Below, one piece after another: positions 1 through 9,443 of a DNA stretch of 64,000 bases. Within the stretch, counting starts at the first letter, position 1, and the number at the start of each line of letters is the position of its first letter. A program made the position numbers and the translations under genes. This DNA is from an uncultured Oscillospiraceae bacterium (GTDB lineage: Bacteria > Bacillota > Clostridia > Oscillospirales > CAG-382): NCBI GenBank assembly GCA_964509125.1, contig CAZDVZ010000004.1, forward strand, positions 1,691 through 65,690, written 5' to 3'. The notes beneath the pieces are model-generated. The model was not told where the DNA came from. It worked only from the letters and a program-made list of their open reading frames with translations, and made no database searches.

Positions 1-87
1 TGCATTTTTATAAAAATTATAAAAGCCTTTAAAGTCTGCGCCATTATACGTATCGTAAAATTTATATAACATACTGAAATTTTCCAT
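1..87 (-). CDS. 5' end of an unassigned protein-coding gene that runs off the left edge (MENFSMLYKFYDTYNGADFKGFYNFYKNA...)
   Basis: Minus-strand ATG at 85-87. An AGAGGTG Shine-Dalgarno (reverse complement of 94-100) lies 6 nt upstream. The frame stays open for all 29 codons to position 1. Too short to assign a family. Confidence 0.4.
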   Translation of the reverse strand, partial: MENFSMLYKFYDTYNGADFKGFYNFYKNA

Positions 88-210
88 TATGTACACCTCT
101 ATGGCATTATACCATATTATTTTCAAAAGTACAAGATGATTTCCCTATTTATCTTGACAAAAAAAGAAAAAAATATTATAATCAAGTTATCCATATTAAG
201 GAGGATTTTT

Positions 211-1365
211 ATGTATAAAGTTGAAAGAGCATCTGAAAATGATGTTAATGAAATTATTGAAGTTGCAAACAGAATTTTTGCGGGAGACGATAATACATAT
301 TTTCAGACATATCATCCTGCATTATACAAAGACGGTGTAAATACCGCCACAGACCACATTATAATAAGAGAAGACGGCAAAATCAAAGGTATACTCGGAC
401 TTTTTCCTTCAGTTATGAACATTATGGGAGAAAAAATTGATGTTATTGGTCTTGGAACAATGTGCGTTGAAAAAGAATGTCGCGGAAAAGGCTACATGAA
501 AGAGATTATGGAAGAAATGCTTCGTTGTCTTAAAGAATCCAACACCCCTATTTCAATCTTAGGTGGCAGAAGGCAACGCTATGAGTATTACGGCTTTACC
601 CCCGCAGCTTTTTGCTCAAACTTTTATTTCAACCAAGATAATGCGAAACATATTTTTGCAGGAGATATCAAAACAACATATACATTTGAAGTTCCAAACG
701 GTACAGAGAAGGAATACTTTGAAAAATGTTTAAAACTTTACAGCCGCAGAAGCGCTTATACAGAAAGAACGGCAGAAGGGTTTTATGATTGCATTCGTAA
801 TTGCAGAACCAAACCTTTGTTTATTTTCAAAGATGGAGAATTTTGCGGTTATGCTTGTGTGTCCGCATCCACAGGCGAAATTTTTGAATATGAACTTTCA
901 GACAATAAAGATAGTTGCAGAATGTTGAAAGATTACATAAAAGCTTTTGACTACAAAGGAGTTTCTGTAAAACAGATCTTTAATTTTGAAAGAGAAAAGC
1001 TTAAATCTCTCGCAAAAGTATGTGAAGGGAATCATATTACAGGGGCGGACAGCTATTTTATACAAGACTATGTTAAAATTGTCTCTGCGTTTGCAAAGCT
1101 TAAAGCATCATACACAAACATCCCCGATGGAAATGTTGTGATTGATATTGAGGGAATTCAAAAAATCCTTATTAAAGCCAAAAATGGTGAAATAACCGTT
1201 ACCGAAACGGAGGAAAAAGCCGATCTCACCATTCCACCACTTGATGCGATCTCTGCATTTTTTGGGCAAGGAGCATTTACGCTGGGATATTCCGAAAAGC
1301 TTCCGGGATTTGCAAATGCACTTTTCCCACTTCCACTCTTTTTTTCTGTGCCGGATATGATTTAA
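211..1365 (+). CDS. GNAT family N-acetyltransferase, long Eis-like form with a C-terminal non-GNAT extension
   Basis: ORF 136..1365. The preferred start is ATG 211, 6 nt after AAGGAGG (198-204). Contains the acetyl-CoA binding motif CRGKGYMKEIMEEM. The ~385-aa length with an extra C-terminal domain is typical of Eis/COG4552-type GNATs. Confidence 0.7.
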   Translation: MYKVERASENDVNEIIEVANRIFAGDDNTYFQTYHPALYKDGVNTATDHIIIREDGKIKGILGLFPSVMNIMGEKIDVIGLGTMCVEKECRGKGYMKEIMEEMLRCLKESNTPISILGGRRQRYEYYGFTPAAFCSNFYFNQDNAKHIFAGDIKTTYTFEVPNGTEKEYFEKCLKLYSRRSAYTERTAEGFYDCIRNCRTKPLFIFKDGEFCGYACVSASTGEIFEYELSDNKDSCRMLKDYIKAFDYKGVSVKQIFNFEREKLKSLAKVCEGNHITGADSYFIQDYVKIVSAFAKLKASYTNIPDGNVVIDIEGIQKILIKAKNGEITVTETEEKADLTIPPLDAISAFFGQGAFTLGYSEKLPGFANALFPLPLFFSVPDMI

Positions 1366-1391
1366 ATAATAAATGTAATAAAATTTTCATT

Positions 1392-1425
1392 TGAGCAGTA
1401 TATTTAGGTATGCTGCTCATTTTTT
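1392..1425 (+). terminator. Rho-independent terminator after the acetyltransferase gene
   Basis: 10-bp stem (1392-1401 TGAGCAGTAT pairs with 1410-1419 ATGCTGCTCA, one G-U pair). 8-nt loop, followed by TTTTTT at 1420-1425. Confidence 0.75.
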
Positions 1426-1447
1426 CACAAAACAAAAGGAGACAGGT

Positions 1448-2611
1448 ATGAAAAAAATTGTTGCATTTATTTTAGCTTTATCATTTTTACTGTTTTTAAC
1501 ATTTGTACCGTTGTTTTCTCCCAAAGCAATGCCAACTCTTTCTGCAGTTTCACCAACAATAAAATCTAATGGTTTTGAAGAGATAGAACTATCAATTTCC
1601 GCAGAAAAAGCAATTCTAATGGATATGCAAACAGGTTTTGTATTGTTTGCAAAAGACGCAGATGTTCCCGGAGGAATCGCAAGCACTACAAAGATTATGA
1701 CGGCAATAATTATTTTGGAAAACATGGAAAAAAATGATACTATTACGGTTACAAAAGAATCTGTAGGAATAGAAGGATCGTCAATATACTTATCCGAAGG
1801 TGAAGTATTTACCGTAGATTCACTATTATTTGGATTGTTATTAGAATCCGGTAATGATGCTGCCACAGCGCTTGCAATAGGCTGCGAAGGCTCCATTGAT
1901 AAATTCTCCGAATTAATGAATAAAAAAGCAGAAGAACTCGGAATGACAAATACCAATTTTACAAATCCCCATGGTTTGTGGGATGATATGCATTATTCAA
2001 CTGCGAGAGATATGGCGATTCTCACTTCATATGCTATGAAAAGCAACGATTTTAGACAATATGTTTCAACTGTCAAGACAACTATCAAACCTCAAAACGG
2101 CGAATACGTGAGATATCTCTACAACCACAATAAGCTATTACAAAATTTTGAAGGAACAACAGGAGTCAAAACAGGATATACAAAAAAGTCAGGAAGATGT
2201 CTTGTATCAACAGCAGAGAGGAACGAGACGGAACTGATATGCATAACATTAAATGGCACAGATCATTGGAACGATCATAAATCTTTGCTCTCAAAAGGTT
2301 TTGAAATGTTTGAAAAACGCATACTTGCCCAAGCAGGCCAGTATGCGTCTGAAATAACTGTAGTCGGTGGAAATAAAAATTTTGTATATGCTACAAATAT
2401 ATCCAACATTGAATTGTTGCTTCCCAAAGATGTAGAATTATCTGTAAAAATTGTATCTCCTGCTTTTGTATATGCGCCCATAAAAAAAGGAGATATTGTA
2501 GGTGAAATAAGAATATATTTCAAAGAAAAACACATATACTCATATCCGTTATGTGCCTCTGAAAATGTAGAGGTTGAAAAAATATCTTTTTTTCAAAAAA
2601 TATTTACGTAA
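1448..2611 (+). CDS. D-alanyl-D-alanine carboxypeptidase (serine peptidase S11, low-molecular-weight PBP)
   Basis: ATG 1448 lies 7 nt after AAGGAG. N-terminal signal/TM segment MKKIVAFILALSFLLFL. Carries the SxxK (ASTTK), SxN (ESGND) and KTG (VKTGYT) motifs and a C-terminal PBP5-type domain. Confidence 0.85.
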   Translation: MKKIVAFILALSFLLFLTFVPLFSPKAMPTLSAVSPTIKSNGFEEIELSISAEKAILMDMQTGFVLFAKDADVPGGIASTTKIMTAIIILENMEKNDTITVTKESVGIEGSSIYLSEGEVFTVDSLLFGLLLESGNDAATALAIGCEGSIDKFSELMNKKAEELGMTNTNFTNPHGLWDDMHYSTARDMAILTSYAMKSNDFRQYVSTVKTTIKPQNGEYVRYLYNHNKLLQNFEGTTGVKTGYTKKSGRCLVSTAERNETELICITLNGTDHWNDHKSLLSKGFEMFEKRILAQAGQYASEITVVGGNKNFVYATNISNIELLLPKDVELSVKIVSPAFVYAPIKKGDIVGEIRIYFKEKHIYSYPLCASENVEVEKISFFQKIFT

Positions 2612-2614
2612 AAA

Positions 2615-3403
2615 TTACTCCGCAGAAAAAAATGTACCTTTATATTCGCCCTTCATAATATCATATAAAATTTCAGGATTAGCTCCGTTGGCAATTATCA
2701 TAGGGATTCCGCAACACACACACATACTTGCGGCTTCAAGCTTTGCAAGCATCCCTCCTGTACCTCTCTCGGTTCCGGCACCACCGGCAAATTTAAAGAT
2801 AGAGTCGTCAAGTTTTTTCACCACGGGAATGAGTTCGGCATCGCTGTTTGTTCTGGGATTCTTGTTATAAAGTCCATCAATGTCCGTCAAATTAATAACA
2901 AGATCAGCTTTACACAAAATAGCTACAATAGCAGAAAGGGAATCATTTCCTCCAAATTTAATTTGTTCACTTGAGACGGTATCATTTTCATTCACTATTG
3001 GTATACACCTTTGTGAAAGTAAAACCGAAAATGTCATTTGAGCATTATGACGCCTCGACTCATCGTCAATAACATCTTTAGTTAACAAAACCTGAGCGAT
3101 TTTATGACCATAAAATCCAAACTCTTCGTTGTACATATTAATTAATTCACACTGACCGACAGCGGCGGCCGCTTGTTTCTCTTCAACTGTCATATTTGAA
3201 GGATGGTAACCCATTTTTCCCAAACCGGCACTTACCGCTCCCGACGACACGAGTATAAACTCTTTGCCGCTATTTTGCAGGTCTGAAATACATTTAACAA
3301 GGGTTTCTATTTTTCTAATGTTCAAATGTCCTGTTGGATATGTAAGTGTTGAAGTGCCAACCTTAACTACGATTCTTTTGTATTTATCAATGTTATTATT
3401 CAT
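2615..3403 (-). CDS. proB: Glutamate 5-kinase, short form without PUA domain
   Basis: 262 aa. Motifs: IVVKVGTSTLT, VSSGAVSAG, AAAAVGQ, NENDTV, FGGNDSLSA, GTERGTGGMLAKLEAA. Confidence 0.85.
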   Translation of the reverse strand: MNNNIDKYKRIVVKVGTSTLTYPTGHLNIRKIETLVKCISDLQNSGKEFILVSSGAVSAGLGKMGYHPSNMTVEEKQAAAAVGQCELINMYNEEFGFYGHKIAQVLLTKDVIDDESRRHNAQMTFSVLLSQRCIPIVNENDTVSSEQIKFGGNDSLSAIVAILCKADLVINLTDIDGLYNKNPRTNSDAELIPVVKKLDDSIFKFAGGAGTERGTGGMLAKLEAASMCVCCGIPMIIANGANPEILYDIMKGEYKGTFFSAE

Positions 3404-3892
3404 TTAAATAGTCTCCTGACGTATAATAGACTTAATCCTATATGCAACAGCGTCAGGCACATACTTTTCAATGGGCTTTCCTGCCTTTATTAGCTCACGA
3501 ACCAATGAAGATGTAACGAAAGTGTCCTCGCTGTGAGATGCTAAAAACAAAGTTTCAACACCATTTATCATAAAATTGCTTTCAGCTTGCAAATGCTCAT
3601 AATCAAAGTCTGATGAATATCTAAGGCCTTTTACAATAACCGCATTTTTTTCTTTTGCAACATCAGCTATCAATCCATCGTAAAAAATCGGTTCAATATT
3701 GTCTTCTTCCTTGAAAACCAAGGAAAGCATCTCGAAACGATCTTTAAGATCAAACATAGTATTTTTCTCACAATTGACCCCGATAACAACATAAACTTTA
3801 GAAAAAAGTTCTGCTACTCTTTTGATTAAAGTTTCGTGACCCAAAGTCAAGGGATCAAAAGTTCCCGCAACAATGGCAACATCTTTTTTCAT
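3404..3892 (-). CDS. coaD: Phosphopantetheine adenylyltransferase
   Basis: 162 aa. GTFDPLTLGHETLI nucleotidyltransferase motif. Typical CoaD length, directly abutting proB. Confidence 0.9.
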   Translation of the reverse strand: MKKDVAIVAGTFDPLTLGHETLIKRVAELFSKVYVVIGVNCEKNTMFDLKDRFEMLSLVFKEEDNIEPIFYDGLIADVAKEKNAVIVKGLRYSSDFDYEHLQAESNFMINGVETLFLASHSEDTFVTSSLVRELIKAGKPIEKYVPDAVAYRIKSIIRQETI

Positions 3893-3896
3893 AGTT

Positions 3897-4436
3897 TTAT
3901 CTCCTGAAAATGGTTACATATATTTTGCCATACCTGTAAATCTTATTCTTCCAATTATCCATAGGAACGGGGATTCCTGTGGGTGAGCTTTCACAAACAA
4001 TTATAGCATCATCGGACAATATATCTGCTTCAATAATATTTTTCAACACCTGATCAAGAACACCATCTTTGTAAGGGGGATCTAAAAAAACCAGAGAAAA
4101 TTTTTCTTTATTTGCAACAGATTTAACATACGCTTTCCAATCCATGCAAGCAACAACACATTTTCCAAAAAGTTTTGTATTTTGTGCATTTGTTTTTATT
4201 ACATTACACGCATCTCTTGAATTGTCAATAATAACAGCCTTTTGCGCGCCTCTGCTAAGAGCTTCTAAAGCCATTTGACCGCATCCTCCGAAAAGGTCAA
4301 GCACACTTCTTTCATACAAATCAAATTGTATAGCAGAAAAAACGCCTTCTTTTACGATTTCGGTTGTAGGTCTTGTATCCTCGCCCGATAGAGTTTGTAT
4401 CTTAGTCCCTTTTGCTGTACCTGTTATAATCCTCAT
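3897..4436 (-). CDS. rsmD: 16S rRNA (guanine966-N2)-methyltransferase
   Basis: 179 aa. SAM-binding LDLFGGCGQMALEALSRGA and the FLDPPY motif. Conserved rsmD-coaD pairing. Confidence 0.85.
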   Translation of the reverse strand: MRIITGTAKGTKIQTLSGEDTRPTTEIVKEGVFSAIQFDLYERSVLDLFGGCGQMALEALSRGAQKAVIIDNSRDACNVIKTNAQNTKLFGKCVVACMDWKAYVKSVANKEKFSLVFLDPPYKDGVLDQVLKNIIEADILSDDAIIVCESSPTGIPVPMDNWKNKIYRYGKIYVTIFRR

Positions 4437-4445
4437 ATCTTTTTC

Positions 4446-6257
4446 CTATTTTTTAAAATATTCATAAACTGCTTTCGCTGCAGTTTTACTAACACCTTTT
4501 ACTTCGGCAAGCTCCTCTTCCGAAGCGTTTTTTATACCTTTCAGACCGCCAAAATACGAAAGCAAAGCTTTTGCGGTTTTTTCACCAACACCGCTGATTT
4601 TTTCAAGTGAGCTTTTTTTCACACTTTTTCTTCTTTTGGCATCCATACGAGTTATTGCAACTCTATGTGCCTCTTCTTGAATCTTATACACAAAAGTAAA
4701 AACATCTTTCATATTGGCTATTGAAATTTCATTTTTACCATCTGTAAGTGTTCTTGTTTTATGATGTTCGTCTTTAACCATTCCAAAAACAGGTATGGTT
4801 ACACCGCACTGAGAAATGACGCCCTTGACAGCGCTAACTTGACCTTCACCCCCATCAACCAATATAAGATCCGGGTACTCCCAGCCTTTCTCTTTATGGG
4901 AAAGGCGCCTCGTTAATGCTTCACGCATGGCGCCAAAGTCATCTTGTCCCTCGGTTGTTTTAATATTAAATGTTCGATATTTTCCGCGCTGAAACTTTCC
5001 ATCACACAACACAATCATAGAAGCGGTAATATAATCATCTCCGCTATTCGAAATGTCGTATGCTTCAATTCTCTCTGCCAGACCTTTTAAATCCAAAAGT
5101 TTTGAAAACTCAGAAAGAAAAATTCCATTTTTTTCTTTTTCACGACGTTCACGTAAAACTGTTTCTTTTGCATTGGCAGAAGCCTGAGCCGAAAGCCTTT
5201 TTTTATCTCCTATCTTTGGAACTAAAACAGTTGTAGCCCTACCCATTTCTTCTTTAAAAAAGTGAGTCAAAAGACGTGAATCATCTTCATCCATGGGATA
5301 ATCCACCCAAATCTCTTTAGGAACAAACTGTCTTGTTTTATAATAATCTATGAGTAAAGTGACAAGGGATTCCGACGTAATTATTTCCCTTGCACCAAAA
5401 GAATGTTCTTCTTTATCAACAATAGCGCCGCCCCTGACAAAAAGCCAAACAATGGAGCCTCCCATATCATCAACATACAATCCGACAATATCTGCCTCGG
5501 TGTCGATAGAGGCAACAATATGTTGCTTATCGTCAATTTTTTTTATGGCAAACAAAAAATCGCGAAATTTTGCCGCTGACTCAAAGTTCTGTTCTTCAGA
5601 GGCTTTATTCATCTTTTCTGTAAGATCTGACGCTAATTTATTATAATCGCCTTTAAAAACATGAACGGCATCAGAAATACGCTCGTTATATTCGGTGACA
5701 GAAACATTGCCTGTACACACACCGCTACATCTCTTAATATGAAAATTAAGACACGGTCGCGAGCCTTTTTTGATGTCGTTCGGAAATTTCTTATTGCAAA
5801 CCGGGAGCATAAAAGCACGCTTTGCCGCATCAATGATGTTTTTTGCCACACCGGCCGAAGTGAAAGGGCCAAAATATTTTGCGTCTTTATGAACACGATC
5901 ATGCTCAATAGTTATCCTTGGATATTCTTCGCACGTAACACAAATATAAGGATACCCCTTCGAATCTTTTAGTTTAATATTGTAGTATGGCATATATTGC
6001 TTAATGAAACGATTTTCAAGAAGCAATGCTTCTAATTCTGTAGAAGTGTGATACACATCAAAATCATATACAGATGAAACCATTTTCAAAGTTTTTCCTG
6101 TATGATTTGCAGATGGCAGAAAATAACTACTCACCCTGTTCTTTAATGCTTTTGATTTTCCCACATATATAACCGTTCCCTCGGCGTTCTTCATTATATA
6201 AACACCGGGAGTGGTGGGAAGTGTATTCGCCTTTTGTAAAAGATCCCACCTATTCAT
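4446..6257 (-). CDS. uvrC: Excinuclease ABC subunit C
   Basis: 603 aa. N-terminal GIY-YIG (GVYIMKN...VIYVGKS...NRV), central UvrC domains, C-terminal helix-hairpin-helix (ISGVGEKTAKALLSYFGG). Confidence 0.95.
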   Translation of the reverse strand: MNRWDLLQKANTLPTTPGVYIMKNAEGTVIYVGKSKALKNRVSSYFLPSANHTGKTLKMVSSVYDFDVYHTSTELEALLLENRFIKQYMPYYNIKLKDSKGYPYICVTCEEYPRITIEHDRVHKDAKYFGPFTSAGVAKNIIDAAKRAFMLPVCNKKFPNDIKKGSRPCLNFHIKRCSGVCTGNVSVTEYNERISDAVHVFKGDYNKLASDLTEKMNKASEEQNFESAAKFRDFLFAIKKIDDKQHIVASIDTEADIVGLYVDDMGGSIVWLFVRGGAIVDKEEHSFGAREIITSESLVTLLIDYYKTRQFVPKEIWVDYPMDEDDSRLLTHFFKEEMGRATTVLVPKIGDKKRLSAQASANAKETVLRERREKEKNGIFLSEFSKLLDLKGLAERIEAYDISNSGDDYITASMIVLCDGKFQRGKYRTFNIKTTEGQDDFGAMREALTRRLSHKEKGWEYPDLILVDGGEGQVSAVKGVISQCGVTIPVFGMVKDEHHKTRTLTDGKNEISIANMKDVFTFVYKIQEEAHRVAITRMDAKRRKSVKKSSLEKISGVGEKTAKALLSYFGGLKGIKNASEEELAEVKGVSKTAAKAVYEYFKK

Positions 6258-6275
6258 AACTTACCGTTTCTCAAA

Positions 6276-6539
6276 TTATCCGGCAAAACCGTTAAGGATA
6301 AGTTCAGCAAGCCCCTCGATGGCTTGTTCCTCGTCCTCACCGTCAGCCATAATCGTAATTACATCGTCTTTATCTATTCCCATGGAAAGCACGCCCAAAA
6401 GACTCTTTCCATTGGCCTTTTTATTTCCAAGTTGAATCCAAAGAGAGCTTTTATATGTATTCGCTCTTTGAATAAAATAAGTTGCACTTCTTGCATGAAG
6501 TCCTTCAATATTAGTAATTGTAATTGTTTTAGAAACCAT
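6276..6539 (-). CDS. ptsH: Phosphocarrier protein HPr
   Basis: 87 aa. Active-site His15 (EGLHARSA) and regulatory Ser46 (GKSLLGVLSMG) are both present. Confidence 0.9.
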   Translation of the reverse strand: MVSKTITITNIEGLHARSATYFIQRANTYKSSLWIQLGNKKANGKSLLGVLSMGIDKDDVITIMADGEDEEQAIEGLAELILNGFAG

Positions 6540-6620
6540 AATAACTCTCCTATGAATTAATGTTTTCGCCTTTCACCGCGGGAGCGTATGAAGAAATTTT
6601 GATGCTCAAAACCTATTATA

Positions 6621-6649
6621 ATTATATCAAATTTAGCAAAAAAAATCAA
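6621..6649 (-). promoter_or_regulatory. Sigma-A-type promoter for ptsH
   Basis: On the minus strand: TTGATT (6649-6644), 17-nt spacer, TGaTATAAT extended -10 (TATAAT = 6626-6621). About 75-nt leader before the ptsH ATG. Confidence 0.45.
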
Positions 6650-6721
6650 CGCATATTTTAAGCTAAAAACAGACAAAAAAAGCTCAATTTAAAAAACAGT
6701 TTTGTTACTTTTGACTAAAAA

Positions 6722-7132
6722 CTATTGTATTTCTATTGAAATAATTTCAATTTCAAAAACCATAGCGCTGTTTTCAACAATGAATTTTTTTCCGGGAACA
6801 ACAAAATACTCTCCTGAAATATAAAATCCGTTTTCCTTTTCTCTTCCTTTGACAACAACAGCACCTTTTAACTCAAGTTTGCTTTCATCATACTTTATCT
6901 TTGATATAGAGCCGGCACTGATATCGCTTCCGGAAAACGTCAGTTTATTAAAATCAAAAACAGTGTTGTACATTTCGTCTGTAATTTCAGTTGCTTTAAA
7001 AATGTATTCTACAGTTTTCTCTTTGTATATAAACTCTGTTCTTATATCATCCCAGAAAATAGCCATAGCAATAATTATTATTGACAACAAAATTATAGAA
7101 AAGTCCAATATATTAAACTTCATCTTTTTCAT
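6722..7132 (-). CDS. Small N-terminally membrane-anchored protein (DUF4330-like), paralog of the upstream gene
   Basis: ORF 6722..7144. ATG 7132 is preferred because GAGG lies 6 nt upstream. KFNILDF followed by one TM helix, then a beta-rich C-terminal domain. Shares (K/R)F(N/T)ILDF, Y.FK and a C-terminal YY/FY..G pattern with the 7141..7659 product. Confidence 0.5.
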   Translation of the reverse strand: MKKMKFNILDFSIILLSIIIIAMAIFWDDIRTEFIYKEKTVEYIFKATEITDEMYNTVFDFNKLTFSGSDISAGSISKIKYDESKLELKGAVVVKGREKENGFYISGEYFVVPGKKFIVENSAMVFEIEIISIEIQ

Positions 7133-7140
7133 ACGAGGCC

Positions 7141-7659
7141 TCACTGATTAGATTCTGCCTTGGAAATAGATTCACATTTTCCAATAGCCGAATAATTTTT
7201 TGTTGTAAGCTCAATGTCATTTCCAAGTTTTACAGGTACACCATTTAAATAGTAATTTCCGGAATCATAATCAAGCTGAGCAGAAACCGTTACGATTACA
7301 AAAAAATCTTTTTCATCCGATTCGCTTTTCATTGAAAGGTCAGAATCTAATGATGTTTCAATCTCAGAATATGATTGATCTTTAGAAATTTCCTCTATCT
7401 CCACATTTGTAATTTTCCCAATAATCTTTTCTCCATCGGCGGATAAAACATCATCACCCTTTTGGAATTTTTCAATGTTATCAGCGGTGGCTTGATATTT
7501 AAAGGTATAAATAATATTATTGTCCGCAGTACGATTTTCGGAAGTAAAAAAATTGAATCCTATATAAACAGCAATTCCAACAGCCATAACACATATTAAA
7601 AAATCAAGAATCGTAAATCTTCTTCCTTTTTGTGACATTCTTTCATTTATTTTATTCAT
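7141..7659 (-). CDS. Small N-terminally membrane-anchored protein (DUF4330-like)
   Basis: 172 aa. ATG 7659 lies 6 nt after GGAGGT. RFTILDF motif plus a single TM helix. The stop overlaps the alternative GTG start of the next gene (GTGA). Confidence 0.5.
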   Translation of the reverse strand: MNKINERMSQKGRRFTILDFLICVMAVGIAVYIGFNFFTSENRTADNNIIYTFKYQATADNIEKFQKGDDVLSADGEKIIGKITNVEIEEISKDQSYSEIETSLDSDLSMKSESDEKDFFVIVTVSAQLDYDSGNYYLNGVPVKLGNDIELTTKNYSAIGKCESISKAESNQ

Positions 7660-7684
7660 CTGTGTACCTCCTTCATCGTAATAT

Positions 7685-9421
7685 TTAATAAATCTTAGTT
7701 ACAGATTTTATTAGTTTATCATTTTCAACTATCCTTCTGTAAGCCGACGATAGCCCGCCTAATATCCAAAACAATGTAAAAACACGATAATCTCCCCAAG
7801 AAAAGCATCCAAACGAAGATATAATGTAAACCAAAATAACGGAAAACAAGGCAACAGAAATACTCTTTACTTCAATTTCGTTATTATATCTGTGCGAAAG
7901 TGACACATTTCTGAGGAAAATAAAGCTCAAGACAAAAACCAACAGCATTATAAGCAAACCACCCCAAAAGGATAATTGGACCCACAAGTTTCCTGCATTT
8001 GCAATCCCTTCCGCTTCGTAGATAAGCTCACTGTTGCTTGTTCCAAAAAGAAAATGATTTTTGTATTTTATCAATAAATCCGACGCTACATAAATTCCAT
8101 TAACAGTATTTGAAAACGCGGAAAAGAAATCATAGGCTACGAATATTAGTGCCAGAGAAAAAAACACTGCTGTAATCTTGTTTTGGGATAATACCAAAAA
8201 AATGGTAATCAAAGCAACAATGCACGATAAAGCTGTAAGCTCCGCTCCGCAAAAACAAAGAGCAATAAAATTCAAAAAAACACCTATAATTACGATGCGC
8301 TTATTCTCTTCTTTTGATTTGAGCAAAAAGAAAGCAAAGATAAATGCACAAGCATACAAAACAGATAAAGCTGCCGTGTTAGTAAAAAAGGAGCTTTTTC
8401 TAATCTGGTCGGTGAAAAATAAATCAAAAGAAATGGTTCTATACTCCCAAAAATACGACGCAATATTATATGCGGCATATAGGGAAGTGGAAACAAAAAG
8501 ATTTTTTATACATTTTATTAAAAGATCTTTTTTACGCATCATCCCCGAAAACAAAAAATACAATAAGATAAAAGGAATTATATCCATCCAACTAAAATTT
8601 TGTGCCGGTATAAATAAAAATGATGCAAGAAACAACAAAACAGGGATATCATGCAATTTTAAGTATAAGTTTCTTTTGCCTCGAATCACCTTGACCAAAT
8701 ATGAAAAAAGCGCTATAGATGCCAAAAAAGTCATTAGTGATCGTGATGCAAAAGGCAAACACAAAGAAATTGACAACGCCGCTGTCTCCGGTCTACACAT
8801 AAAAATAGCGGTAACAATTAGCATAGAAACAAAAAAAACAATTTCCGATCTTGTAAAAGCTAAAGTGAAAAATCCTGAGAATATACCCACAATCAAAGCA
8901 CCGCTGATATTTCCGTGGCTTTCTCTTTTTTTATAAGTTATAAGTTTTTCACAGTGCAAATATTTTACAAAAACAGAAGATAAAAAACCGCTTTCACACA
9001 CAGAAGAAGCAATATTTTTTGATGAAAACAACATGGGAATCACAGCAAACAAAACTACTGCGGAATTTAACACAATATTCTCTGAAATTGTGTTTTTCAT
9101 GAAGCTGACAAGCAACGTCATCAAAACAAAAGATGTAATACACCACCCATAGCACCTTAAAGACATTGTTAATAAAAATTCATAAAATAAAGATAATTTT
9201 CGAACTATAAAACTGTTATCTATAGTCTTAGTCAAAAACCCCTTTACAGGATCAAAAAAATATTTTTTGAAAGGTATATTACTAACTTTATTTAAAATAA
9301 TTGAGTCTTTAACACTTACGCTATTAGAAGATACAGCACTATAAAAAAACGATCTTTTTATCATTGAAGAAAAATGTCCGAAAATATTTCCAACAGATAT
9401 TTTATTATGATGTTTTTTCAA
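7685..9421 (-). CDS. Large polytopic membrane protein of unknown function (possibly O-antigen-ligase/Wzy-like)
   Basis: 578 aa with at least 10 hydrophobic segments. TTG start at 9421, 8 nt after AAGGAGG and 22 nt after the trmD stop. The family assignment is a guess from topology and composition only. Confidence 0.4.
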   Translation of the reverse strand: MKKHHNKISVGNIFGHFSSMIKRSFFYSAVSSNSVSVKDSIILNKVSNIPFKKYFFDPVKGFLTKTIDNSFIVRKLSLFYEFLLTMSLRCYGWCITSFVLMTLLVSFMKNTISENIVLNSAVVLFAVIPMLFSSKNIASSVCESGFLSSVFVKYLHCEKLITYKKRESHGNISGALIVGIFSGFFTLAFTRSEIVFFVSMLIVTAIFMCRPETAALSISLCLPFASRSLMTFLASIALFSYLVKVIRGKRNLYLKLHDIPVLLFLASFLFIPAQNFSWMDIIPFILLYFLFSGMMRKKDLLIKCIKNLFVSTSLYAAYNIASYFWEYRTISFDLFFTDQIRKSSFFTNTAALSVLYACAFIFAFFLLKSKEENKRIVIIGVFLNFIALCFCGAELTALSCIVALITIFLVLSQNKITAVFFSLALIFVAYDFFSAFSNTVNGIYVASDLLIKYKNHFLFGTSNSELIYEAEGIANAGNLWVQLSFWGGLLIMLLVFVLSFIFLRNVSLSHRYNNEIEVKSISVALFSVILVYIISSFGCFSWGDYRVFTLFWILGGLSSAYRRIVENDKLIKSVTKIY

Positions 9422-9443
9422 TTTCCATACCTCCTTAAAAATT

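Noticed and set aside
8178-8936. 252-aa plus-strand ORF inside the 578-aa membrane protein gene
   Set aside because: It is antisense to a long ORF with a coherent multi-TM hydrophobicity pattern. Its product is Lys/Ile/Phe-rich low complexity, as expected from reading an AT-rich membrane-protein gene backwards. It has no Shine-Dalgarno. I judge it a shadow ORF.
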